Made by a program: the position numbers and the translations under genes. From contig OX597843.1 in the NCBI GenBank assembly GCA_951406725.2, positions 20,708,001 to 20,772,000 of the forward strand: DNA of 64,000 bases, in the 5' to 3' direction. The stretch's first letter is position 1. Each line of letters starts with the position of its first letter. The notes beneath the pieces are model-generated. The model was not told the origin of the DNA, searched no databases, and worked only from the letters and a program-made list of their open reading frames with translations. The stretch comes from Octopus vulgaris. Its lineage: Eukaryota. Shown here one piece after another: positions 25,360 through 38,932 of the stretch.

Positions 25360-27570
25360 TAGGAATTACAACCGTGTTTCGTGGTCTGCTACCCCAACAG
25401 CTCCTTTATAGGATCCAGTTAACTCAAGACATCATCAGGAGGAACCACGTCCGGTTTCGGCCCTACTCCTCTACGTTTTGACGTGGCGGGCCCCCCCCCC
25501 CTTTCGGAGGTGTCTTCAGCTCTGGTGCTGGGCAACATGTCTTCGTTCTTCTTTTCCCTGGCCTCTTCGATGTATCGTCAGCGAGTGTCAGCCGGTGACT
25601 GACTGTCTTGTCAAATTTCTCTCTTTAAGTACCTGCCGCATAGGCCCCAGCCACTTGTCATATGACACTGTCTCACCTTAACTGACTAGAGAAGGTGCGT
25701 AGTTTTAGCCCGCGCTTTTTCTAAACGACCCTCACCTGTCAGTCAGCGAAGCTGATTCAGTCAGCCAGTCTCACCTAATGATGTTATTTCCCGTCGGCGT
25801 GTTTATGATTTTCAAGCCATTTTCGGTCTTCCCGCTTCAGCCATATATAGAAGCTGGCTTTTTCGACCGCCTCCTGTACTCTCCTTATTAGTTTACGCAG
25901 CTCGGGGCTAGAAAAAACAAATCTTCTTTTGAAAAGCGTTGTCATTTTCTTTTCAAAGAAGCCTCTATCCCCCACTGCCAGGTGATAATATTCGACATTC
26001 CATCCCTGTTCTCTGCATTCTTCGATTAGCTTTTCGTACCTCTTCTCCTTTAGTTTCATTGCCGATGTTCTCTTCCCAAGGTACTGTCAGTTCTAGTAAA
26101 ATTCCCATTCCCGGTCTCTGTTCCATAGAACTAAGTCCGGTCTTTTTGTTGCTTTTATTAGTGGAAATACTACTTGTCTTTCCAAGTCCGTGGCCACCTC
26201 CCAGTATCCCTTCCATCTTTCATCTATCTTGTATACTTTACTTGTAGGTCTTTTCCCTCCCTGTGGAAGTATACTTTCCTGCGCTTTTCTACTTTTGGGT
26301 ACTCTCCCCTATTGTACCTCTCGATCTTCTCCTTGAGTGCTGCGCTTATGACGCTGAGGACTTGATTATGTTGCCAAGTATATCTTTCAAGTGCTAGTCT
26401 GCAACTTGACATAACATGTCTAACCGTCGCTTTCTCTCCGCATCTACAATCATCAATTTTATTTATGTTCAACCGGACTAAGTTCGCCGGTGAAGGTAGA
26501 ACGTCGGAAGTAGACTTGATCAGGAAGGATGTTCTTGCTTGTTCCCAAGCCCAAAGTTCCTTGCATGATATTCTGCGGTTGATCTCAGGCATTGTCAATT
26601 TTAACTGCATCAAACAAAATGTACATTTCGCCTTTCCTCTTGCTCATTTCTCACTTCGTATACCAATGCCTCTTTCATCTCTTTTACACTGCTCTTGCAA
26701 AATGGCCTGAAATTTTGCGACCCTAGGCCGGTTGTAGCTTTTTGCGTCACTCCGACTATATCTGCGTGCTTTAGTTTTCCTATCGCCCTGTTTACTGCCT
26801 CTTCCGCCTTCTATTTCCTCCCTTTTCGTACCTTTGGAGGGTTTTCCCGGATACTCTGATCTTTTGAATACCTTAGCATCATTACTGTCCTTGCCTTTCC
26901 TGCCTTATATTCTTCGGCGATTGAGGTTATTGGTAGTTGCAGCACGGCTTTTCCATATAGTGCAGTTGTATTCAGTGGTTTCGGCAGACCAAGCCATTTT
27001 CTGATAAACACACTGCATCTTTGTTCCATCCTTTCTGCTCTACTTGAGGCTATTTCGTACATTTGCAATGACCACATTATTCTTGGGTACAGCCCAAATT
27101 GCAGTATCCAACATTTGAATTTTCCCAGCAGCGTTGTTCTGTCAATTGCATTTAATCCTTGTTCTTCTAACTCGTGTGTTTATTTCCCTTGCTTCTTATC
27201 ATTTAGTAAATCTCTATACCATCTGCCGAGACACTTTACTGGTTTTTCTATCACTGTGTGTATGTCTTCACTTCCTATCATAAATTTCACTTCTTGTCTT
27301 CCTTTCACGAAAGCCACGCTTCGAGAGTTTTTGGCTTTGAATTTCATCCTTGCCCATGCTATCAGTTCGTCCAATCGCTCAAGCATTTCCTCTGCTTCTT
27401 CTCTACTCTCCGATTATATAGTTATGTCGTCCATAAAAGCTCTTAATGGTGTCTTAGTAACAGCTTTCTCACAGTTTGTAGATCTGAGTAGCATTTCCAT
27501 GACTAGCACGAATAAGATGACTGATATCGTGCATCCGGCTGCAATACCTATTTCAAGCCGCTGCCACTCC
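25360..27570 (-). mobile_element. RLE-type non-LTR retrotransposon (HERO/R2-group-like), 5'-truncated
   Basis: GIAAGCTISVILF, AFMDDITI, FIRKWLGLP, CRCG...HVMSSC...RYTWQHNQVL, LLELTVPWEEN, KEKRYEKL. Confidence 0.85.
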
Positions 27571-27626
27571 ATATATTCAAGGTGTTATATGCAAAATTTA
27601 TATTTTTATATGATATATTTATATAT

Positions 27627-27960
27627 TATGGCTCAGTGGTTAGAGCGTCGAGCTTACGATCGTGAGGTTGTGAGCTTGAATCCCGGACCGGGCTGCGTGT
27701 TGTGTTCTTGAGCAAGGCACTTTACTTCACGTTGCTCCAGTTCACTCAGCTGTAGAAATGAGTTGCGACGTCACTGGTGCCAAGCTGTATCGACCTTTGT
27801 CTTTCCCTTGGATAACACTGGTGGCGTGGAGAGGGGAGGCTGGTATGAATGGGCGACTGCTGGTCTTCCATAAACAATCTTGCCCGGACTTGTGTCTAGG
27901 AGGGTAATTTTCTAGGTGCAATCCCATGGTCACACATGACCGAAGGGGGTCTTTACCCTT
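27627..27960 (+). mobile_element. tRNA-derived SINE
   Basis: TGGCTCAGTGGTTAGAGCG...GAATCCCGG head. Homologous to 19130-19463. Confidence 0.85.
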
Positions 27961-27969
27961 ACTAATTTT

Positions 27970-28170
27970 TTTAATTTTTAAATGTCGGGCATTATAGATA
28001 TAAATGAGTATATGAAGATTTGTATGTATTTGGTGTTTCTGTAGATTTTGTGATGGTCCTGTAGTTGTTGCTCGCATTGCCTCCCCTCGGATATAAAAAA
28101 AGTGTATACAGCTCATTAGAGCACTTCTATTTCGAGTCCGTTGTATATCTTGAGCGTTGTTGTCACTCAA
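27970..28170 (-). mobile_element. Inverted fragment of the Penelope family seen at 21995
   Basis: 27975-28092 is the reverse complement of ~22000-22112 (both read IRGEAMRATTTG...HILIYIY). Confidence 0.8.
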
Positions 28171-28190
28171 GATATAACTTTATATTATAT

Positions 28191-28276
<86 letters not shown>

Positions 28277-28371
28277 CAAATAAGAAAATGGAGGAGAACA
28301 ATAGTTGGTTCATCAACTTTAGGACATTAAAAATGTTAACTTATTTATTTTGTTACACTGATAATTAAAAT

Positions 28372-31300
28372 TGTTGTTGGCATCCTTTTTGTCTCGGGAG
28401 ACAATGGAGTTGCGCATAAAATAATCTAGTCCGGCTTTTTACATTTCATGTCCTAATACATTTCCTGCTGTGGCTGCGTAGTCGTATCCTGGACAAACAC
28501 TTCCTCTGGCAGGTGCTGCAAATGTAGCGAAGACTTTTCCTGGCTGGTTGTAATGTCATAGTTTCTTGTTGACATCTTTTCTTGTCTTTCCATTTCTCCT
28601 CTCTCACTCTCCGTTACTACTTTGTATTCCTTCTTTTACGGTACGTCACCAATCTCCACGGTTGCTGGCAACTGATTCCAAGATGCTAATATTAATGTTT
28701 CAGGCCTTCATGACCCTTTGGCAAACATCCTTGTATCGTAAGAACGGTCTACCTGCAGACCTTGTGCACCTAGTAAGCTCTCTGTAGAATATGTCCTTGG
28801 GGATTCTGCCATCTCCCATACGGCTTACATGTCCATGCCATCTCATAAGTCTTTGTGTGAGGAGTGCAAACATGCTTAGTATTCCAGCTTGCTTGAGGAC
28901 ATCTTTGTTGGGGACATGATTCTGCTATTTGATGCGAAGGCTTTTCCAGAGGCAGCGCAGGTGAAAGATATTTAGGCGACGCTCTTGGCGTGTGAATGGC
29001 GTCCAAGTCTCACTTCCATACTGTTGAATGCTAAGTACACATGTCTGGTAAATCTTCATTTTTGTGTTCTTGGTCAGCTTAATGATGACCCATGCTCGTT
29101 TCGAGAGTTGGGCTATCACAGCAGCTGCCTTGACAATGCGTATATTGAGCTCAACATCAAGGGATAGGTTGTAGGTGACAGTAGAGCCAAGATAGGTAAA
29201 ACTCTCCACCTCCTGTAATCTGTGGTCTCCAATATGTATGTTTGGGATGTCTGGTATAGCCCGACCCATGATGTTGGTCTTCTTGAGGCTGATAGCTAAG
29301 CCAAAATCGTTACATGCCTGCTCACAACAGGTGATGAGCCTTTGTAGGGCTTCTTCTGTGTGTGATACCAGAGCGGCATCATCAGCAAATAGCATTTCCC
29401 TGAGCAGGACGCTTCTGATTTTGGTCTTGCCACGCAGGCGTGAAAGATTGAACAGTCTCCAGTCACTTCTACTCTGCAGAAACACTCCATCATCTGATGT
29501 CTGAAAGGCATGTGAGAGCAGCAGCGAGAAGAAGATGCCAAATAATGTAGGAACAAGGACACAACCTTGCTTTACTCCGTTTTTTATTTGGAAGGCAGCT
29601 GTTGTTGAACCATTGTGCTGTATGGTGCCTTGCATATCGTCATGGAAAGATTTGATGATCCTCAGCAGCTTTGGTGGACATCCGATTTTTTGGAGCAGGA
29701 TGAATTGGCCTTTTCTACTTACCAATGAAGGCCATATGTAATGGAATTTTCTGCTCTCTGGACTTCTCCTGAAGTTGGCGTATGGAGAATATCATGTCAA
29801 TAGTTTATCTGCTCCTTCTAAAGCCACACAGCAATTTCGGATGAATTCGAGAAGCAAGCAGTTGTACCCTGGGCAGGATAACGTGAGCAAAGGTCTTTCC
29901 AACAGTGCGTGGAAGAGATATTCCACGATAATTGTTACAATCACCAGAGTCACCTTTGTTTTTGTAAAGCTTAATGATGTTAGCATCCCGCATATCTTGA
30001 GGAACTGTACCCTCTCCCCAGCACTGACACAGAAGCTCATGATGGTGCCGAAGCAGGATGGTGTTTTTGCCGGCTTTGATTATCTCTGAGTGGATGCCGT
30101 CTTTTCCCTGAGCCTTGTTACTTGCTAGGGAGTCAATAGCCTTGTTGAGCTCTGCTATAGATGGTGGACTGTGAAGTTCTCACATGACTGGCAAGATCTT
30201 GACACTCTCGATTGCAGCCTCAGCTACCGTGGTCTCTCGTGAGTAGAGATCCTGGTAGTACTCCACCCATCTATCCATTTTCTTGCTTTGGTCCTTGATG
30301 AGATCTCCAGTAGTTGATTTCAGAGGGGCTGACTTGGTTGCGGATGGACCGAGGGTCCTTCTTCAAACCGGCATACACCCCACGGTTGTCGCCATTGTCG
30401 GCAGCTGACTGGATACTCTGACAGATTACCTGCCAAATACCTGTTTGCACAGTGTCTGGCTGTCAGTTGGGTTATATTTTTGCCTTTCAGATTTATTCTA
30501 GTGATTTTGTAGAAGAATCACTCTTGTATTGCATCAGAGCTGCACGCTTTGCTTTAATAACTGGTTCCAGCTCTGAGAGCCCAGCACTGAACAAAATCTG
30601 GGTTTTGACTTTCTCTCATGCCGAAAGTATCTATTGATATGGTATTCAAAGATTCCCTAATATAATTCCACCTACTTTCAGCAGAGGAGGTTGGGCAGCT
30701 ACTGAGGGCAACTTTGATAGAAATAGCAAAACATTGTCGCAGTGTAGGGTCGGGGTTTCTGGCAGTGTTAATGCGTGGTCGGCCCATTTTCTTGAAGTGA
30801 TGGACTTTTTTAGGCAGGATCCTCACCATGCTTCCAATTAGTGAGTGATTTGTGTGGTAAATACGGGTCAGGTGAACAGAATTCATAAAGGATCGTCGTG
30901 TAATGATGAGATCCATCTGATGCCTGTGGTGAGATCTTGGATTTCTCCAAGATGCCTTGTGTGATGTCTTGTTGGCAAAGAATGTGTTGGTGATGCACAG
31001 GTTATGGTATGTGCAAATTTCAAGTAGTCTCTGACCATTGTCATTCATTTTGCCAATATCAGGGTGTCCCACACAAATTTGCCACGAATCTCCGAGTAGG
31101 TAGATGTTTTCATTTGTTGGTATATTTTAAATGACACAGTTGAGATCTTCGTAGAACTGGTCCTTGGTCTCCTCTGGGCTATAGATAGTGGGAGCATAGA
31201 TGCTCAGTAGATGTACTGAACCAGAAGAAGTCGAGAGGCGCAGTGAGAGGATACGCTCAGTGTCTCCCGATGGTGGTTCTATTGAGGAGAGTAATGAGTT

Positions 31301-31670
31301 TCTCACTGCAAAGCCAACGCCATGCGGACGAGGTTCTTCTAGATCGCTTCCCTGCCAAAAGAAGGTGAAATCCTGTTCTTCGAGTTTGCCATTTGAGGGA
31401 AGTCTTGTCTCTTGCAGCCCAGCAGTGTCTGTGTTAAGCCTCTTTATCTCACGGTCAATGATGGCTGTCTTTCTTGTGTCTTCAACCCTGAGTAGATCAT
31501 GAGATATGCCAGGGCACATGGTCCTGACATTCAAGCTTGCTAACCGCGGGATTGGTGGTTCCTTGTCTTTTAGTTGTTTGCCTGGTGCAGAGGTTGCAAG
31601 CCGTTTTTCAAGTCAAACTCTTAGCTCCAAGCACCCAATGAAGCAGGCGGCCTGTGGCGGGTCAGCAACT
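28372..31670 (-). mobile_element. RTE-clade LINE (APE + RT), near full length, decayed
   Basis: NVRTM...GLQETRL, LLSIYAPT, NYRGISL, GVKQGCVLVPTLF, LFADDAAL, YGSETW, and a GGATGCCAACAACAA tail. Confidence 0.93.
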
Positions 31671-31679
31671 TATTATTAT

Positions 31680-32345
31680 CCGAATTTATTGGAATATGAA
31701 GTGTAGGTAAATGTTTGGTGGGGGAGAGGGTGAAGGTATTTATTTAATTCAAAATGGCTTGAAACAGGTATAAATGCAAATAAGAATTTTCTTAGACACA
31801 GTCTTATCGATTTTGTAGAAATTTTATACGTGATTATAGTTCATGTGTATTAGCTGATGCCAGCATGAAGAGTTGACAAAGAATCGATATCTGCGCGTGG
31901 GCGGGAGATTTTAAGAAATCAATAGGTTTTTTGCATGCAATCACCCATAGGATTATTATTTTATACAGTAACTTTTACAGAATTCATCCGATTTTGATGA
32001 AGTTTGACTTTTAGGTAAAGTTTAATGTCGGAGACATGTAGAAGAATTTAAAATTAAACTAGTGATAGGCGGAAATCCTCAAATCATTCACAATAAAATA
32101 ATGGACTGATTTTGAAGAAAATTTAAACCGTGAGCAAAATTAAGCACTTCGACGTATGAAACATTTGTTATTCATATAATGTACTGAGATTTAAGTGTCT
32201 ATGGGATATTTTCGTGTAAATGGTCACATGGAATCTGTTTTATGATATAACCTTACCATTTTTCTTCGGATTTTGCTGAGATTGGACACACTGATCAATT
32301 TTATAAAGAGAGTGACATTAAGGGGAGAGAAATAAAGAAACATCG
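31680..32345 (+). repeat. Third copy of the non-coding repeat at 1430-2722
   Basis: Aligns by eye with 1930-2495 and 41950-42612. Confidence 0.8.
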
Positions 32346-32510
32346 ATCAAATCGACCCCAGGACTTATTCTTTGTAGGCCTAGTACTTATTCTATCGGTT
32401 TCTTTTGCCGAACCACCAAGTTACATGAACGTACACACACCAGGATTGGTTGTCAGGCGATGTTGGGGAGACACACACAGACACACAAATACAGACACAC
32501 AGACATACAC

Positions 32511-32565
<55 letters not shown>

Positions 32566-32603
32566 GATGGTTTGTTTTAAAATGCAATTTAAAAGATGTT
32601 TAT

Positions 32604-32648
32604 TTACTTAACCGGTTTCACTCTTTGGAAAAAGATTGTCAAAAGTAA
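32604..32648 (-). ncRNA. Hammerhead-like motif, U3-A8 variant, within a PLE-type 3' fragment (32565-33050)
   Basis: Minus strand: TTACTT-TTGACAA-TCTTT ttcc AAAGA gt-GAAA-CCGG-TT-AAGTAA. Flanks are homologous to 17720-18110. Confidence 0.6.
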
Positions 32649-33412
32649 CATATGGAAGTTTGGTTGCGTTAATTATTGGTTGTTGCAAATTACTACATTA
32701 CATGTATATATACAGTCTTTGGTAACAGGGACATGTTAAGGACATAAAAATGTACAACAGTATGATGAGAATATAAAGAGGTTTAACAAGCTCATTGAAA
32801 AAATGGGCAGAAAAGATTAAAACAAATATATTATACATCTCAGGGTAATTTCCAGGAGGAATTATCAAAAAAAGTTCAGTACAGAATATTATGAATTCAA
32901 AAAGATTTTTACATTAAGATTTGCATTAATGTAGTGGCGAGGTTGTTTACTGACCTGTCCGTTTTAGCAGAAATGTGGAATTGAAAAAGATGTACCCGTT
33001 TTTTTCTTTTTTTGGCTCTCCTTCAAGCATCAATGATTTGGGGGTTAGGATGAGGTGAATATGTATGTCTCTGCGTGTATGTGTGCGTGCATACATATAC
33101 ATGTGGTGTGAATAGATGTGTCTGTGAGTCTGTAGTATTTGGTCAGATGGTGTCTGTTTGTCAAGTGTGTGTGGTTTTCATGGTGTTGTGTGTGCGTGTG
33201 TGTGCGCGCGCGTGTGTGTGTGTGCGTGCGTGTGTACGCATGTATGATTGTGGATGGCATTTGACATGGTGCTGCGTGTGTATATATGTGCCTGTATGGA
33301 GGTGAGATCGGTGTGAGTGTGTGTGTCCCTGTGTGTGTGCATATACACGTATACAAGTGTCTGCGTGTGTGTGGGGCTGTTTTTGATTATATATAATCAT
33401 TTATGATTATAG

Positions 33413-33531
33413 TATTCTACGCTGAAGAGAAAAGAAGTTTCGGTAAGATAGAATTATTTATTATTTAATATTTAATATTTAATTCTTATGCTTTCCTTAA
33501 AACTTGATTTCGAAACGTACGTCCGTGGATA
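33413..33531 (+). ncRNA. Type I hammerhead ribozyme with intact core and long stem II
   Basis: TCTACG-CTGAAGA-GAAA...TTTC-GAAA-CGTACG-TC-CGTGGA, with a GUC cleavage triplet. Confidence 0.85.
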
Positions 33532-33847
33532 ACTAAAAAAATGTATGATAGATTGCAGTCAATTCATTCTCTCTTACCTGTTTGTGTCTGCCTTCCAAAT
33601 GCTGTTTTTACTGAGATCTCCCTTTTTAGTAGAAGAAATAGCTATAACCCTTTGACTGCTATTTCTAAATTCGGTATGTGGTAAGGCAACTCGTTGCTAA
33701 ACCCTTATTGCTTAGTATTACTTAAATTTTCCTCGAATGAGGCTTTTACATGCCGAAGACTACTTGGTGTAATTGATAATTTTTCCAAATTAATTAATTT
33801 CACCCTTCATTATTACGGATAACTATATATATATATATATATATATA

Positions 33848-34365
33848 TAAACATAGTAAAATATTTTCTTTATCACCAGTGACCTAGCACAAAAGACGAA
33901 TTAGTCATTAGACTATACGTTATTCATATATAAGTACATTAAAAGGCTTCCAAATAAAGAAGCAAGTACTAAATACACAGGGGGGGGGATAAATTCATGA
34001 AATGGAAAGAAAATCAAAAACGTTTACCATCTCAGCTAATCCTGTACTGCAGTTTCATCTTCTTTTTAGCAAATGAATAGAATTCATCTGCTAAGGCCAG
34101 ACTCGTCAGCAGGAAGCCTTTATAATCCAAGCTGTACATATCGCTAGAAGCACGTACAAATATAGCGATATGTATACTCTAACTTTTCAGACCAGTGCGC
34201 AGACGCAACCTATACCCGGCGAACAGAGGGTATGCCGGTAAAAATTTACTAGCAAATTTATCGAGCAATATTTAAAACATAGTAACTAGGGTAATAAAAA
34301 TAAATTCTTATTACCAGTGACCTAGCACAAAAGACGAATTAGTCAGTAGACTATACGTTATTCAT
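33848..34365 (-). mobile_element. Non-coding 438-bp unit with terminal direct repeats and one hammerhead (PLE pLTR or retrozyme-like)
   Basis: CCAGTGACCTAGCACAAAAGACGAATTAGTCA.TAGACTATACGTTATTCAT occurs at 33876 and 34314. Confidence 0.7.
34040..34114 (-). ncRNA. Type I hammerhead ribozyme with intact core
   Basis: Minus strand: TCCTG-CTGACGA-GTCT...TTAGCAGATGAAT tct ATTCATTTGCTAA...AGAT-GAAA-CTGCAG-TA-CAGGA, with a GUA triplet. Confidence 0.85.
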
Positions 34366-35389
<1,024 letters not shown>

Positions 35390-35390
35390 A

Positions 35391-38300
35391 CTCCCCTCAG
35401 TCCTCCTTTGCCTCCCCATCCTCCACAACATGCCCCCAAAAAAGAATTATAGAGGATGTTTTCATCTCAATTAACAAAAAAAAAAGACAGTCTTATGAGT
35501 GACTTAATGAAAATACCGAACGCAGAAAGAATGGAGACGTACCGGATATTATCAAAAAATACAGAGGTATTCAAAATAGACGTAACAAACTCAAACATTC
35601 TAAAGAGCCAATACCCAGGGGACATAGTTGGTCTGCGACACGACTTAGACGAGACATTGTTTAAGGCGGACTTCCCCACAGGTGCAACAGGAAAATAAGA
35701 AACACGGCAAAAGGTAAGCTATGTCTCGTATTTGTGTAGGATGCATAAATGTGCGTGGCCTGATGACGAGCTGGAAGCAAGGGCGCCTCCTAAACGACAT
35801 CAGGTCACGGGATTTAGATGTTGTTGTTGCCACAGAAACCCGGTTAAAGGGGCCAAGAGATCTGCTCCCGCTGTTCAACGGTTATGAGAGTATTATCTCT
35901 CCGAACCCGTCATGCGGCGGAAGCGGGGTGTTGGTCCTGGTTAAAAAGAACCGGGTTTCTGAGAAAAAGTTGATTTTTGCAGATCCGGAAGGTAGGCTGG
36001 TCGTCGTTGAGTTGACGTTCAGCAGTCGTAAGACAATCAGGCTGGTTGCGGTTTACGCACCCGCCGGAAACGGGAAAAGTGATTATTTTGTGAGTACATC
36101 GTACCCTGTAGTAATGTTAGGTGCCTTCAACACAATCTGCGATGTGCGGGTAGACTGTGAAGGCTCGCAAACAGACAGAAATAGAAAAGGAAATGCTTGC
36201 TTCCTGAGTCTACTAAGACGTTTTGAGCTGGTAGACCCATATAGACTGGAACGTCCGGTCGCTCCACTGTGGACGTGGTCAACAAGCGACGGATCGTTAA
36301 GGTCATACATAGACAGGATATTAATTAGGAAGGTAGATAAGAACCTAGTTAAGAGTCCACAACTCCACATGGTCAGCTACAGTGACCACAAGATGGTCAC
36401 CTGTAGGCTAGACGTAGATAAGATAAATAGAGGTCCTGGTTACTGGAAACTTAATACGTCCCTTTTGGCGATTAAGGAGTACAGGGACAGGATTAGGTTA
36501 ATGATCCAGAGGGCTTTGACCGGTTCCATTGTTAACAACAAATGGTGGTATGCCCTCAAGCGAGCCATAAAATACGAGTCCATTAGGTAGAGTACAAATC
36601 TCGTAGCTAGAGAGGCTAGGAAGGCGAATACACTAGTTAAGGACTTAGAGGAAGCAATGCGAACTGGCAATGCAGACCAGGTGAAGGTCAAGAGACTGGT
36701 TCTTAACCAGCACGTTGAAGCCAAGCACATGGGTTACATTGTCAGGGCTAGACAACGCACAATGGGGAGCGAAGGTATCAAGGCTGCAGGATGGGCCCGA
36801 GTGGTGGAAGCCCAACGTGGCAATGATGCTACAATTCGATCTCTGGCGAACCAACAGGGTAAGTTGACAGACGAGCCCGAGGAGATGTGTCAAGCTTTTA
36901 AGGACAACTTCGCCCAGCTTTTTGGGGGGAGCGGCGGACCGGATAGGCGGAGGGGCCTTACGGACCTCCTTGACGGGCTGCCGCGCCTCTCGGAGCAGGA
37001 CGCGAAGTGTAGTGACTAGCCGATCACACCTGGGGAGGTAATGGAGGCTATGGCGGACTGCGGTGCGGGTAAGGCGCCGGGACTGGATGGTCTACCCTAC
37101 GAACTTTATAAAAGTATGCCGGACTTGTTCGGGGACTTACTGACGGGCGTCTACGCAAACTGGCAGCAGAATTGGTTCATTCCCAGATCTGTGCGCCGGG
37201 GAGTGGTGACGCTAATCAGGAAGGACCAGAGCAAGGGGGACGTAATAGATAATTTCAGGCCCATCACTCTGCTGAACGCAGAGCTGAAGATTTTGGCCAA
37301 AGTGTTATCGAACAGATTGACGCGTGTCGCGAATGGACTGATTGGGAAAGCGCAAATTTGCGCCGTACCAGCCGGAGCCATTCAGGATAATCTCCATCTT
37401 ATTAGATACACGTTAGAGGGAATAAATAATGATCCCGGCAAGGGAGGGGCAGTGGTCCATTTAGACCAGTCAAAAGCTTTCGATAGGGTCGACCATCACT
37501 ACCTGGTGTCTGTTCTGGCTCAGTTCGGCCTGGGTCTTGGCTTCCTCAGGTGGATCATCGAAATGTATGACTATGTCGACTCGGTTGTTCAGGTGAACGG
37601 CTTTCTTTCTAAGCCGTTCAAAGTCAAGCGCTCGGTCCGCCAGGGATGTCCGCTCTCCCCGCTTTTGTATGTAGTGGCTCTAGAGCCGCTGCTGCGAAAA
37701 CTGAGCGGCATCGAGAGAAGAACTGGAGCGAGGTATCGAGCAAGGTGGCTGCAATAGCCAAGACTTGGTCTTGGCGGTGGCTATCCTTGAAAGGTAGGGC
37801 GGAGGTAGCCAATGTGTTTATCGCATCGGTGATCACCTACCGCCTTGCCGTCGTGCCTTGCCCGGATTCGTGGTTGAGCAAGTTGGAGAGACAGCTCTTT
37901 CGCTTCTTGTGGAAGGGCTCGAAACCGCTTGTGAGACGCTCTGTCTGTTGTCAAAAACCGTTACAGGGTGGACTAGGGATGCCGTGGCTAATGATGCGCA
38001 GAAATGCGCTGAGGCTAAGGCACCTCTGGCTCCATCTGGGTAGTGAACGGGTGTGGTCTCCGCTGTCGAAACAGATGTTCCCCAGGTTCACCACTTTCGG
38101 TGGCCGGGAGGGCTGGTATAATCGCAGATCAAAGTTGGGTACGTGGTATACGGAGTGTCGCAAGGTACTCCGACTATTCCGTCGCTCGGGCAATGCCTGC
38201 GGCAGTGGTTCTACCGCTGTGTTTTATAGAGGGTTTGTAGAGGCCGGTAACGATGATACGCTAGGGGAAACTCTAGGTTTCGACGATGATCAGCTGGCCA

Positions 38301-38932
38301 TTCTGTTCCAACGTACATTCGGGCCGAAGACCCTGGAGAATTTCCAGAAGTCTTTGGCCTGGCAGTGCTACCGAGGAGCCTTACCTGTTTGGGACAAGCT
38401 TGCAAGGCACGGTTGCCAAGTCAGCCCGACCTGTGCGAGGGGTGGGCGAGAACGGGAAACCGTCTCGCACGCGATCGTGCAGTGTTCGGAGGTGGCAGAG
38501 ATGTGGGTTTGTGCCGAACAACTGATGTCAGGTGAACGGAGAGTACAGCTATCAGCCGAATCTATTGTAAAAATCAGCCCACCAGATTTCTTAACGAAAG
38601 AAACTAAGTTTTGTTTTCTCGCTGTGGTTGCAACTGCGAAACAGGCAGTATGGAAGACAAGGATGAAAGGGTTAATAACAGGCGTCTTCATCTCTGGTTC
38701 AGGTCTGGTGGAATATTTTAAATTCCACCTGAAAAGACATATAGAACTAGAGAGGAGGAGCCTGAGGAAGAATGTTTTTGACGAAAGGTGGAAAAATGTG
38801 GTGAGTAAAAGGTCCCTCGCAAATACGAGATAGGTTGAAAAAAGAGAAAACAGAAGGTTAAGTGCCGTGGCGGGGAGCGAGGGATCCGTAGACCCGCCCC
38901 ACTTCATTTTGTAACAAAAAAAAAAAAAAAAA
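35391..38932 (+). mobile_element. Tx1/L1-clade LINE: ORF1 tail, APE endonuclease, RT with internal deletion, zinc finger, poly(A)
   Basis: CINVRGL, ATETRL, SYIDRIL, SDHK, GPGYWKLNTSLL, DQSKAFDRVDH, VRQGCPLSP. The YADD region is missing at ~37715. A-tract at 38916-38932. Confidence 0.93.

Noticed and set aside
27627-27690. tRNA genes (also 2775, 19400, 42865)
   Set aside because: A and B boxes are present, but there is no acceptor stem and each continues into a repeated SINE body.
31560-31670. HDV-like ribozyme expected at the RTE 5' end
   Set aside because: The 5' UTR appears truncated, and I could not build the nested double pseudoknot by eye.
34191-34229. Possible 39-bp exon (TTTTCAG...GTATGC)
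   Set aside because: It lies inside a repeated ribozyme-bearing unit and has no LRR or other recognisable motif.
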